Assembly: GCA_947627755.1 (NCBI GenBank)
Contig: CANQXD010000002.1
Location: 7,512-71,511 of the forward strand
Length of the DNA: 64,000 bases
Reading direction: 5' to 3'
Source: an uncultured Clostridia bacterium
Lineage (GTDB): Bacteria > Bacillota > Clostridia > TANB77 > CAG-508
Below are positions 9,781 through 19,341 of this stretch, piece by piece (the stretch's first letter is position 1; each line of letters begins with the position of its first letter). Position numbers and translations under genes: made by a program. Under the pieces are notes generated by a model that ran no database searches, had not been told where the DNA came from, and saw nothing but the letters and a program-made list of their open reading frames with translations.

Positions 9781-9806
9781 AAAAAATCCGCTATAGCGGA
9801 TTTTTT
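9781..9806. terminator. Rho-independent terminator (bidirectional)
   Basis: AAAAAATCCGCTATAGCGGATTTTTT. Confidence 0.8.
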
Positions 9807-9854
9807 GTTAATTTTACTCTCAATTGTTTAATGCTTGGAACAGCATCTCAAAAT

Positions 9855-10287
9855 TTATATTTTCTCTATTTCTTTTCTAGTTAATCCTGTTATTTTTATA
9901 ATTTCTTCTATTGGTAGATTTTTTGCCTTTAATTTTTTTGCTATTTCTTTTTTTCCGTTTTTCTATTCCTGCCCTATATATGTCTTTCTCATCCATTATT
10001 GCTTTTTCTCTTAATTCTGCTAGTTTTCTTAATTTTTCATCTTCACTCATTTTTCTTACTTCTACTGTTGCTTCTTTTATTTTTTTATTTTTTTCTACCA
10101 CTTTTTGCACCTCCTCTGTATTTGGATTGTTTATAAACATCATCCATTGTGCTTTCTCATTTGTGTTATCTTTTTTATATTCTTCTAATACTTTATCTAA
10201 CTCTATTATATGTATCTCTATTTTATCTGTCAATATCAATTCTAGAGAAGTCAATATTGAATAAAGAGTATTTTTTACAAATTTCAA
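9855..10287 (-). pseudogene. Rpn/YhgA-like (PD-(D/E)XK) recombination-promoting nuclease, C-terminal remnant with a frameshift
   Basis: Only the C-terminal part is present (DKIEIHIIELDKV...). The N-terminal nuclease domain is absent. The frame breaks after GIEK (CGG 9957-9955), and the +1 frame continues GKKEIAKKLKAKNLPIEEIIKITGLTRKEIEKI to a stop at 9857-9855. Confidence 0.7.
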
Positions 10288-10459
10288 AAATAGACAAATA
10301 AAAATATTGTGAACTAAAATTTATATTTCTTTCTTTTGAAATATAACGATTTTATTATATCACATATTTTTTATTTGTCTACATAATTTTATCGACACTT
10401 TTTTCCATTTTTCATCAATACTTATCTTTATAAGTATTGATTAGTATATATTTTTTCTT

Positions 10460-11452
10460 TTAAAATTCATATACATAAGCTTCTAATGATTTTCTACCAT
10501 ATTGTAAAGCGCTAGTGTGAGAGTTCATGTAAATATCTAGCTTGCTATTTGAAATAGCTCCGCCTCTATCTTGTACTACAAACCAGCCACCATTTGGCTT
10601 GTCTTTTAATGCTGGAATATAAATAATTGTACCTATTGCATAGCCACTACCTGCTGCTACTGTGTACCATTGTGTTGCTTTTGCACCTGAAGCTGTAATT
10701 CCATTTGTTTTTCCACAACATTTCATACAAGCACAGTATGCAGATGTGTTAAAGGTTTTTACTGTTGGGGTAATTCCTTGTACCTTTTGTGCAAGAGTGG
10801 TAGATGCTGTTACTGCTGGATTTGTTGTTGCAATTCTTTCTACTGCACTTCTTGAGGTAACTTGAGCTGTTCTTACTTCTACTATTTTTGTAACTGGTTC
10901 TTTGATTATTTTTGATGAAATTTCTATTCTTTCAATTTCTACTTCATTTTGATATTTTGCTTTATAAGTAATTTCTTTTAAGCCATCAACACCATTTTGG
11001 ATGACTCTATTTTGTGTAGTTCCTTCTCCTGTTGCTTCTTTTGTAATGGTTTCATACGGAATTACTACTTGCTCTGTTACTAATTTTTCAGTAATTGTTC
11101 CATAAGAACTTAAAATTTCTTCTTTTGTAATAATGTTTTCTCTTTCTGCAATTTCACCTTGATAGTCTGATTTATTATAAATATGGATTGTTTTGTTCTC
11201 TGTAATATTTTTCTCTAAGTCTGGAGTTACCATTTCTTCTTGTGTTAGAGTGATGTGATTTTCATTTAATATATCTTCTACTTTCGTTTTTGAAGTTAAT
11301 ACTATCATTTCGTAGTCGTTTGAAAGTATGATTTTTACATTTGTTAATCTAGCATTTGATGCCATAACACCGATTCCTGTAATGAAGATAAATATGCAAC
11401 TAATGGCTAATATTTTCATCATAGATACAGATGCTTTTTCGTTTTTGTTCAT
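10460..11452 (-). CDS. yabE: YabE-like cell-wall protein (DUF348/G5 region plus C-terminal 3D domain)
   Basis: N-terminal TM and G5-like middle (GVDGLKEITYKAKY). The C-terminal 3D/RlpA-like block is TASGAKA...VAAG...GWFVVQDRGGAI...LDIYM. It lies next to tatD, as in Bacillus yabD-yabE. Confidence 0.75.
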   Translation of the reverse strand: MNKNEKASVSMMKILAISCIFIFITGIGVMASNARLTNVKIILSNDYEMIVLTSKTKVEDILNENHITLTQEEMVTPDLEKNITENKTIHIYNKSDYQGEIAERENIITKEEILSSYGTITEKLVTEQVVIPYETITKEATGEGTTQNRVIQNGVDGLKEITYKAKYQNEVEIERIEISSKIIKEPVTKIVEVRTAQVTSRSAVERIATTNPAVTASTTLAQKVQGITPTVKTFNTSAYCACMKCCGKTNGITASGAKATQWYTVAAGSGYAIGTIIYIPALKDKPNGGWFVVQDRGGAISNSKLDIYMNSHTSALQYGRKSLEAYVYEF

Positions 11453-11784
11453 AAAACTTTTCTTCCTCCTCTTTGGATTGCATCGCCATTATATCATTGT
11501 TTTTTTTGTGTGTCAAATTTTTGATTTTCTTACAGTCTTATGGTTTTTACGGTTTTTTATTTTGCTTTATAAGGCTTGTAATGCTTGTCTTTACTATATT
11601 ATATGTTTTACTTTGGTATTTTATTCTTTTTTTGAGAATTTTTTCCAAAATTTTATTATTTATTAATTACATAAATAATTTTAAATTTTTATTCTTTTTT
11701 ATCATATAAAAACATCCAAAAGTAATTTTTATAATTGCTTTATGGATGTTTTGCTTTTTATTTTTTATATTTATTCTTTATCTT

Positions 11785-12573
11785 TTATTTTTCTATTTCA
11801 AAAATCTTTATTGCATTTTCGTAGGTTATTTTTGCTACTTCTTCTAATGGTATATTTTTGAATTCTGCTATTTTTTGTGCTACCAACTTTACATTTCGAC
11901 TATCGTTTCTAGTTCCTCTTTTTGGTTCTGGTGCTAAGTAAGGGCTATCTGTTTCAATTAATATTTTATCTATTGGAACCATAGAAACTATTTCTTCTGC
12001 ATTTTTTGAATTTTTGAAGGTAATTGGTCCTGCAAATGATATATAATAGCCTAATTTTAATGCTTCTTTTACTAATTCTCTGTTAAGTGGGCAACAATGA
12101 AATACACCTTTTTTACTTACTTCATTCTTCTTTAACATTTCTAATGTATCTTGAACCGCTTCTCTTGTATGAATAACAATTGGTAGTTTATATATATTTG
12201 CAAGTTCAATTTGCTTTTCAAACATTTCTTTTTGAATTTCTTTATTTTCCTTATTCCAGTAGTAGTCTAGCCCTATTTCTCCTACTGCTACTATTTTTTT
12301 ATTTTCATTTTGTTGCAACATACTTTCTATTTCTTGTAACATTGTTTTTATGCTTTTACTATTCTCTGGTACATCATTTGGAGATATTCCGCAAATGCTA
12401 TATATAAATGAATATTTTTTAGAAAGTTCTATACTAAATTTTGAAGATGGTATATCATAGCCGAACACAATTCCATTTGCTAATGCCTGCTTCTTTGGTT
12501 TGTTTTATTATTTCTTTTCTATCTTCCTCAAATTTTTCATCATTATAATGCGAGTGCGAATCAAAAAATTCCA
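11785..12573 (-). pseudogene. tatD: TatD-family metal-dependent DNase/hydrolase, interrupted by a +1 frameshift
   Basis: The N-terminal 39 codons (ATG 12573: MEFFDSHSHYNDEKFEEDRKEIIKQTKEAGISKWNCVRL, stop) are in one frame. The rest (..GYDIPSS...GEIGLDYY...IHTRE...ETDSPYL) is in the +1 frame (ORF 11785..12468). The two frames overlap across 12455-12500. Confidence 0.8.
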
Positions 12574-12638
12574 TGGTTTTCTCCTTCTTTATATTACTTA
12601 TAGCATAGTTTCTTATACAGGTCAATCAACTTTTTTCT

Positions 12639-12677
12639 AAAAAATACCTAAAATCAATGATTGATTCTAGGTATTTT
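12639..12677 (-). terminator. Rho-independent terminator after the 62-aa ORF
   Basis: AAAAATACCTAAAATCA...TGATTCTAGGTATTTTT (one mismatch). Confidence 0.6.
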
Positions 12678-12714
12678 TAGTATTTCTAATTTTTTGTTGA
12701 GAGTACTTAGAAAA

Positions 12715-12903
12715 CTACCTTATCAAGGTTTTAGCAAGTTTTTTTCTGCTTTCTTCTGTAATGATAGTTTTTAATTCTTTTCCTCTTTCATTTAAGAACA
12801 TACCAAAATAATCTGGCATAGGCTCTTTAAGGAATTTGTCTATGCTTTCCAAATTTGCCTTACCAAAGTTACCTGTTTGCCCTTCTTTGAATTTTTGTGC
12901 CAT
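12715..12903 (-). CDS. Hypothetical small protein (62 aa)
   Basis: ORF 12715..12918. The likely start is ATG 12903 (MAQKFKEGQ), with GGAGGG 6 nt upstream. A terminator lies downstream. I recognise no family. Confidence 0.45.
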   Translation of the reverse strand: MAQKFKEGQTGNFGKANLESIDKFLKEPMPDYFGMFLNERGKELKTIITEESRKKLAKTLIR

Positions 12904-12993
12904 CTTTTTTCCCTCCATTACAATAATTATTGTTAATAGTTACTATTTAAATTTATTTATATTGTATTATATCTTTTATAAAATATCAAGTAA

Positions 12994-13371
12994 TTATTTT
13001 ATTATAATTACACACATTGCTGTTGCATATCCTTTTAAATGTGAAAGACTAATATCTATTTGCTCGATGTTAGTACAAAATTTTTTATTTAAAAATTCTA
13101 CTTGTGGTTTTCCTTGCTCATTGTTTACTATTTGTACATCAGTCCATGTTATTTCATATTTGTTTTGTAGTACTTCTGAAATTGCTTTGAAAATTGCTTC
13201 TTTTGCTGCAAAACGAGCTGCAAAATGTTGATATTTCATTTGCTTTTTGCTATTGCAATATTCTATTTCTAAAGGAGTATATATTTTGTTTATGAAGTTT
13301 TCTCCTAAGTTTTCAATTGATTCTTGAATTCTATTTACTTCAATTATATCTGTTCCACAAGTAATTTTCAT
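12994..13371 (-). CDS. acpS: Holo-[acyl-carrier-protein] synthase
   Basis: 125 aa. GTDIIEVNRI and FAARFAAKEAIFKA are the AcpS signature blocks. Confidence 0.9.
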   Translation of the reverse strand: MKITCGTDIIEVNRIQESIENLGENFINKIYTPLEIEYCNSKKQMKYQHFAARFAAKEAIFKAISEVLQNKYEITWTDVQIVNNEQGKPQVEFLNKKFCTNIEQIDISLSHLKGYATAMCVIIIK

Positions 13372-13387
13372 TGTTTATTTTCCTCTC

Positions 13388-14635
13388 CTATATTATAAAA
13401 TTTAAAAATAACAACACAAAATTCACAATATTGAAAATTAAAGCTCCTACTAAAATAACTAATAAAATGCGATTTGTTTTTTGTGTTTTTTCAATATTTA
13501 AATCTTTATATGCTATATCGTATTGTTCTTTTATTTTTTCAAACAAATCTTCTAATTCTAAGGTTTCTTTCCACTTATTGCAAAGCATACTTCCTTGTTC
13601 GTCTTGTGTAATTTCTTGCATTTCTATATTTTTAATAAAATCTAGCAATTCTGCTCTTGCTTTTCTAATTTTTTTACCTTTTTTTAATTCTAAGTTCATC
13701 TTTTTTAAATAAATTTTCTTATATAATAATAATAAATATGTGTATAAATATTCCTGTTCATAAGCAAAAGGTAATTTTGTATAATTTTCAGTATTAATGC
13801 TTGAAGTAAATAGTGTTGTTCCTTGTTTGGTAAAGCCTAATTTTACATATTTTAGTACCTCTAAGGTTTGTTTTTTATATATTTCTTCCGTATAATTTAT
13901 TTGATGATTGCTTGGCAAAATATTGCTAAATTTCATAAATTCTTCTTGTAAATTATTAAAATCTTCTTCTTTATTCCAATTTTCTTGTTCTAAACATACA
14001 TAAGAATATGTAAGAAATCTCTCTTCTTCTAAGTTCATTTCTTTTGCATCTTTACTTGGAGATGTTATGTTTTTTATAATATTTGTTAATTCTTTTATAT
14101 CTTTTAAGTTATTGGTTTGAATTCGGATGTTTTCATAGTTTTTTAACGAATTGCTTTCTGAGTATATATCTCGAAATTTATAATTAAAATTTAATACATC
14201 TTCAAAATTATTTTCATTTTCAATAATTGTTTTAAATATTAAAAAACATATTCCTGTTTTAAAACATACTATTTCCATTTTTGGAATATCAAAAAATATC
14301 CCATTTTTTTCTCCAACTTTTCCTTGTACTTCTTTTCCTAGTGTGTATTCAAACATAGTACAAGGATATTTGGAAAGTAAAGCAGATTTCATACTATTAT
14401 CTAATTTTTCTAATTGATTTCTTTGCTCCTTACTATAAAGAAAAGATGAAAATAGATAGTTTCTTACACTTGGTAAAAAATATGTATAAATATTCAAATC
14501 TTTTTCTTTTTCCCATATTTTTAATGTACAATGCTTATCTGTTAGTAATTTTAATAAATATTGATTATATTTTTTTTCGTCTATTACATAAGGGTAAATA
14601 AAATAGGAATATTGGTATTTTATCTTTCGTTCCAT
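13388..14635 (-). CDS. Hypothetical protein, large soluble N-terminal region with a single C-terminal TM helix
   Basis: 415-aa ORF with RBS AGGAGG upstream. The C-terminal TM is ILLVILVGALIFNIVNFVLLFLNFII. I see no recognisable motif. Confidence 0.6.
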   Translation of the reverse strand: MERKIKYQYSYFIYPYVIDEKKYNQYLLKLLTDKHCTLKIWEKEKDLNIYTYFLPSVRNYLFSSFLYSKEQRNQLEKLDNSMKSALLSKYPCTMFEYTLGKEVQGKVGEKNGIFFDIPKMEIVCFKTGICFLIFKTIIENENNFEDVLNFNYKFRDIYSESNSLKNYENIRIQTNNLKDIKELTNIIKNITSPSKDAKEMNLEEERFLTYSYVCLEQENWNKEEDFNNLQEEFMKFSNILPSNHQINYTEEIYKKQTLEVLKYVKLGFTKQGTTLFTSSINTENYTKLPFAYEQEYLYTYLLLLYKKIYLKKMNLELKKGKKIRKARAELLDFIKNIEMQEITQDEQGSMLCNKWKETLELEDLFEKIKEQYDIAYKDLNIEKTQKTNRILLVILVGALIFNIVNFVLLFLNFII

Positions 14636-14711
14636 TTTTTCCTCCTAAAAACGCATTTGGCATTTTTCCATAATTTATTATTGGAAATAGGGCTAGTTTA
14701 TAGCCCTTTTT

Positions 14712-16235
14712 TTATTTTGTATAATAATTTGCATTGATATCGCCTGCTAAATGCCATTTGCTAATAAAATCTACTACTAATACATTTTCTAATGTATAGT
14801 TACATTCACATACAACTTTTCCTTTGGCATCTAGGCTTCCCCATTTTCCGTTCTTTTTAACTGCTACATAGCCATATTTGTTTTGTTCTGTTGCATCTTC
14901 ATATATATAATCTACAACTACAACACCTTTTTCATTTACATATCCATATTTTCCATCTTTTTTACTTAAGAATATTGTGTTTGTTGCTAGTATTTCTGTG
15001 TTTTCTTTTTGCTCTAATTTGAAGTTATAATATTTGTATTCGCCATTTTCTCTTACTCGAATATAGTTTTTGTCTTGGTTTATTTCTGTTATTAGACCTG
15101 TTACTTTTACATTAAAGTCTTTGTCTAATAGTTGTGATTCTACACTGTCGCTTTTTTCTACTTGGAATACTCCTATATTTGATAAATATGTAATATTACT
15201 ATAGTTAAATGGAAGTGCTTCTTCTTTATCTATTGTAATAATTCCATATTTTCCATCTTTTTGCGCAATGTAATAGTTTGAAAATGCATAAGTTAAATTT
15301 TCATACTCTGCTGGTATTTTTTCTTCGCCTGCTTTATTAATTACACCATATTTTCCATTTGTTTTTATAATGAAGTTATCTACATTTATTTCTTTTACTT
15401 CATTAAATTTATTTTCTATGAAAGATTCACCATTAGCGTTTACTACTTTTACTATTTCTGCTTCTTTTACTACATACATACCATTTCCATAAATATTGCT
15501 AATAGCATCGTATTTTGGCTCTAATGCTGTAGTTGTGTCGTAATTAATTACGCCGTATTTTCCTTGGTCATTTTTTACAATAAAGCCATCTTCATATTTT
15601 TCTGTAAGAGATGTAATTTCTTCGTATTGATTTTCTATAATTACTTTTCCTATGCTATCTACTAGCCCTTTTTTGCCATTTGTTGTAGTAACAAATACAG
15701 ATTTAGTTCCTATTATTGGTTCAATTGAATCTTGTGTGCAACTTACAAGCTCTTTTCCTTCTAAGTTAATAAGTCCGTATTTTCCGTCTTTTTGCACTTT
15801 CAATACATTGCTTTCATACCACAAATTATTGTTTTTATCATGGTTATAAATAACTTCTACTTTATCATATTCTCCAAATATTGTGTTGCTTTTTTCATTG
15901 ATTGCTTTTGAAGTATATGTTCCTTCTTCATAATTGACATTTTGCGTGCAAATAAAAATTGGTTTTGTATTGTCTGGAATGATTATCATTTCTTCATAGT
16001 TTGGTTGTACTACTGTATTTCCTTTTGTATCAATTACACCCCATTTACCACCTTCGTAAACTGCGTAATATGCTAAGGAAAATGCCTTGTCATTAAGGTT
16101 AGAATCTCCTTTTAATAATTCTTTAATTCCTATAAAAAACATAATAATGACTAAAAATGCCATAATTACCGCAATTACTTTTTTTATATTTAACTTTTTT
16201 TCCCCGTTATATCTTCTTGCTCTAGTTCTTCTCAT
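14712..16235 (-). CDS. WG-repeat (KWG) protein, membrane-anchored
   Basis: N-terminal TM, then more than 10 repeats of the GKWGVID/GKYGLIN/GKYGVIN type. Confidence 0.8.
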   Translation of the reverse strand: MRRTRARRYNGEKKLNIKKVIAVIMAFLVIIMFFIGIKELLKGDSNLNDKAFSLAYYAVYEGGKWGVIDTKGNTVVQPNYEEMIIIPDNTKPIFICTQNVNYEEGTYTSKAINEKSNTIFGEYDKVEVIYNHDKNNNLWYESNVLKVQKDGKYGLINLEGKELVSCTQDSIEPIIGTKSVFVTTTNGKKGLVDSIGKVIIENQYEEITSLTEKYEDGFIVKNDQGKYGVINYDTTTALEPKYDAISNIYGNGMYVVKEAEIVKVVNANGESFIENKFNEVKEINVDNFIIKTNGKYGVINKAGEEKIPAEYENLTYAFSNYYIAQKDGKYGIITIDKEEALPFNYSNITYLSNIGVFQVEKSDSVESQLLDKDFNVKVTGLITEINQDKNYIRVRENGEYKYYNFKLEQKENTEILATNTIFLSKKDGKYGYVNEKGVVVVDYIYEDATEQNKYGYVAVKKNGKWGSLDAKGKVVCECNYTLENVLVVDFISKWHLAGDINANYYTK

Positions 16236-16343
16236 TTTTTATATCAATCCCTTCTTGCCTACTTTATTAATGTGCCTTTAAAGGTATAAGTTTATTTTTT
16301 GTTCGGCAATTTTTCCTCTTCTTTACTATACCATATTTTGCCA

Positions 16344-16376
16344 TAAAAAAACAAGGTTTTACACCTTGTTTCTTTT
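16344..16376 (-). terminator. Rho-independent terminator of spoIIE
   Basis: AAAAAAACAAGGTTTTACACCTTGTTTCTTTT. Lies downstream of the repeat at 16392-16448. Confidence 0.7.
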
Positions 16377-16391
16377 ATTTTTATTATTTTT

Positions 16392-16448
16392 GTACCAAAA
16401 GTGACAGATGTACCAAAAGGAAACGTCCCCAATGGTACCCAATGGTAC
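16392..16448 (-). repeat. GGGAC-core repeat element (type A unit)
   Basis: Minus strand: GTACCATTGG GTACCATTGG GGACGTTTCCTTTTGGTACATCTGTCACTTTTGGTAC. Abuts the spoIIE stop codon and lies upstream of the terminator at 16344-16376. Confidence 0.85.
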
Positions 16449-18941
16449 TTATTTTATTTTGGCGACGATGACTGTCATGTCGTCTTTTGGTTTGCCGTAG
16501 TTGTTGTCGATGGCCTCTTGCAATATGATGTCGGCTATTTTTTGTACGTCGTCGGTTTCTATTTCTTCTAATAGGAATTTTAGCCATAGTTCTTTGTTTG
16601 TGTATTCTTCTGAGGATTCTATTATGCCATCTGTGCACATTACTAAAATATCGCCTACTTGTAAGTCTTTATCGTATACGACTAGGTCTATGTCGTTTAG
16701 TATTCCCGCTGGCAATGATAATGATTTTAGTACTTGTACGTTTCGTCCGTTTTTTATGTATGTTGGACAGGCTCCATTTTTTATGAATTCTAGGTTGCCT
16801 GCGTATAAGTCAAATACTCCCAGGTCTAGTGTGGCATACATTTCTTCTTCGCTTATTGTGTTTAGTGTAGAGTTTATTAGTCTTAAGGATGAGTCTTTGT
16901 CAAAGCCAGAGGATAACAATTTTTCTAGCATTGTTATTGCTGTTTTACTTGCTTTTTCAGCTTCTTTTCCTGATCCTTTTCCATCGCTTAATGCTATTAG
17001 GTATTTGCCGTCTTCTAGTTTTGTTTGTAATAATGTGTCACCAGAAATGATAGATTCTGCTTTGGTTTGTTTTGCTATTCCTATTTGTAGCATTTGCTTG
17101 TCTTGCGCTAAGTAGGTGTATACACATTCTTGTCCTTTTTGTCTAAGGGCACATTCTTGTTTTTGTAAAATCATGTTTTCTCCATATATTTTGCTTAAGA
17201 TTTTGCCCATTTTTTTGACGTCACAAGCTGGTTTTTCTAGTGTTTCACAAGGTTTTGTGTATAATACTACTTTTCTTCTTCCTGATGGTTCTTTTTTTAT
17301 TGTAATGTTTTGTACTTCTATTTCTTTTTCTTGCAATAAGGTTTTTATTTTTTCTTTTTCTTTTTGGTCATAATCTGTGCTTTCTTCTTTTTGCTCTATT
17401 TCATTTGCTAAGTTTCCAATTGCTTTAGATACTTCTTCTAATTGGCTAGATACTGCTTTTTTGTTTTCGTCTAGTTTTTTCTTCCAAATGAAGTTTAGTT
17501 TACTTACTTTATATGAATAGTTTATAGTTTTTACAATTTGCTCAATGTCTTGTTCTACTTTGTCATTGATATATTCTTTTTCATATCCAATAATGTAGTT
17601 ATTGTGCATTGCAAGTGTGTCTAGTAAATCTCTTCTGGTTATTTTTTCTTTTTCTAATAATATTTCAAAAATGTCTTCTAGTAAATTTTCTTCTGGCATG
17701 TATATATCATCAAATAGGATATTTTCTTCCATGCCTTCCATATCATTTTCTAGTTCTTTTTCAAATATATTGAAGTTGTCCTCTTCTTGTTTTTTTAGTT
17801 CTTCTTCGTCTACTATGGTAGCTGCTGCTTCTTGATATGTTTTTGCCATTTCAAAGATAGTTTCTGACATACTATTTAGTCTATAAACTGCTTCTTTATT
17901 TTCTTCTAGTGTATGTCCTGTATTATCTGGTAATAGTTTTACTTTTCCATATAAGTCTTCTATTTCAATTTTTATGCTTTTTGGCACTGCTAGCAAACCT
18001 AAAGATGCAATTAGTATTTCTTGCATTGCTATTAGTGAGTTCGTGTTTCCATTTGTTATGTATGATACTAGAATATTTCCTAATATGAAGCCCATTATAA
18101 CTCCTATTTTTCCTAGACGTTGAAATATTCCTGCTACCATTCCTGAAAGTGCATAAGTTGCAATAATGCTAGGCTCTAGCCCTCCTATTATGCCTATTAC
18201 ACTTCCTATTGTAACTCCTGATGTTGCTCCTACTAAGATGCCATTTTTCCAACCCATTATTAGTACCATTAATATGCATAGTATATTACGAATTGAATAG
18301 CCATAAATACTAACATTTCCGATTGAACAAACGCTTATTGCTACCATTAAACTAGCGCCTAATACTTCCTCTACTGAATAAGCTCTACGTTCTCCTAAGT
18401 TTGTAATAACACTTATACTATTTACAAATATTTTATAGAAGATGTAACTAGCTATACTATAAATTAGTCCAAGTAGTATGTCATAAACCATAACGTCTCT
18501 AAAAAATACTGGTAATACTTGCACTATAATACAGCTAATAAATAAACGAAGTCCTAATTTTCTTTTTTCATTATTTTCTGATTCATATTTTGGAGCTTTT
18601 ACTAATATGCTAACAAATACTAATAATAGTATTAGAAGTACGTTTAGCATAGCTGATGCACCAAAAGATAAACCAGTTCCAAGTAAAACAAGAAGGCTAA
18701 CTATTCCAATTGGAATGCTACTTGCTAAAATTGCAACTAATATTGCTATTCCAAATGGCGCTAGTTCTTCATTTCCTCCAAAACTAACAAAAGAAAGTAA
18801 AAATGACATTATATATAATAGCACCATTTTTTTTGTAAAACATGCTTTTATTACTTCTTTTATTTTCTCTTTTTTATTAAGTTCAACATCCTTTTCAAGG
18901 TTTTGATTTTCCTCAAAGTCCTTTGCTATATTTTGAAACAT
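16449..18941 (-). CDS. spoIIE: Stage II sporulation protein E (PP2C phosphatase with polytopic N-terminal domain)
   Basis: 830 aa with about 10 TM helices, a central regulator region, and a C-terminal PP2C fold (LSDGKGSG...MCTDGIIES...DDMTVIVAKI). Confidence 0.9.
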   Translation of the reverse strand: MFQNIAKDFEENQNLEKDVELNKKEKIKEVIKACFTKKMVLLYIMSFLLSFVSFGGNEELAPFGIAILVAILASSIPIGIVSLLVLLGTGLSFGASAMLNVLLILLLVFVSILVKAPKYESENNEKRKLGLRLFISCIIVQVLPVFFRDVMVYDILLGLIYSIASYIFYKIFVNSISVITNLGERRAYSVEEVLGASLMVAISVCSIGNVSIYGYSIRNILCILMVLIMGWKNGILVGATSGVTIGSVIGIIGGLEPSIIATYALSGMVAGIFQRLGKIGVIMGFILGNILVSYITNGNTNSLIAMQEILIASLGLLAVPKSIKIEIEDLYGKVKLLPDNTGHTLEENKEAVYRLNSMSETIFEMAKTYQEAAATIVDEEELKKQEEDNFNIFEKELENDMEGMEENILFDDIYMPEENLLEDIFEILLEKEKITRRDLLDTLAMHNNYIIGYEKEYINDKVEQDIEQIVKTINYSYKVSKLNFIWKKKLDENKKAVSSQLEEVSKAIGNLANEIEQKEESTDYDQKEKEKIKTLLQEKEIEVQNITIKKEPSGRRKVVLYTKPCETLEKPACDVKKMGKILSKIYGENMILQKQECALRQKGQECVYTYLAQDKQMLQIGIAKQTKAESIISGDTLLQTKLEDGKYLIALSDGKGSGKEAEKASKTAITMLEKLLSSGFDKDSSLRLINSTLNTISEEEMYATLDLGVFDLYAGNLEFIKNGACPTYIKNGRNVQVLKSLSLPAGILNDIDLVVYDKDLQVGDILVMCTDGIIESSEEYTNKELWLKFLLEEIETDDVQKIADIILQEAIDNNYGKPKDDMTVIVAKIK

Positions 18942-19211
18942 CCTTTACCACCTCTTACTTTTTTAATTTCTCTCTTGTGTTATATAACTAATTTTTTTGC
19001 ATTGTTTTCATTTTGTATTTTAACTTTTAGCATCTATTTTTCTTGCTTGTCCTATTTTAGTACAAATGATGCTCATTATTTGTCGTTTTTAGGTTTGAAA
19101 TTAAAAAAGTTTTTTACAACTTGTGATATTTTTTTCTTTTTTTATTTTTTATCTCTCTTTAGTTTTCTTGTATTTTATCGTAAAATGTGGAAAAATACAA
19201 GATATTATAAT

Positions 19212-19255
19212 AAAAAACACCAAAAACTTAAATTAAAGTTTTATGGTGCTTTTTT
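19212..19255 (-). terminator. Rho-independent terminator after the 169-aa ORF
   Basis: AAAAAACACCAAAAAC...GTTTTATGGTGCTTTTTT (bulged stem). Confidence 0.55.
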
Positions 19256-19341
19256 GTTTGTTTTTTACTTTGAAAGAACGCTTTTACTTTTATAAAGTTA
19301 GGTTTTTTTAATATCAAATTTCTATATAACCTAAAACACAA

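Noticed and set aside
16384-16638. Arg-rich ORFs 16384..16638 and 44510..44749 with similar C-termini (..YHWGRFLLV.LSLLV..).
   Set aside because: The shared tail is just the type A repeat read in one frame. The upstream parts are out-of-frame readings of the spoIIE and zupT 3' ends and are not independent genes.
18942-19341. Spo0A boxes or a sporulation promoter upstream of spoIIE (for example TGTCGTT near 19080).
   Set aside because: There is only a 5/7 match to TGNCGAA in AT-rich DNA. No convincing -35/-10 pair could be placed by eye.
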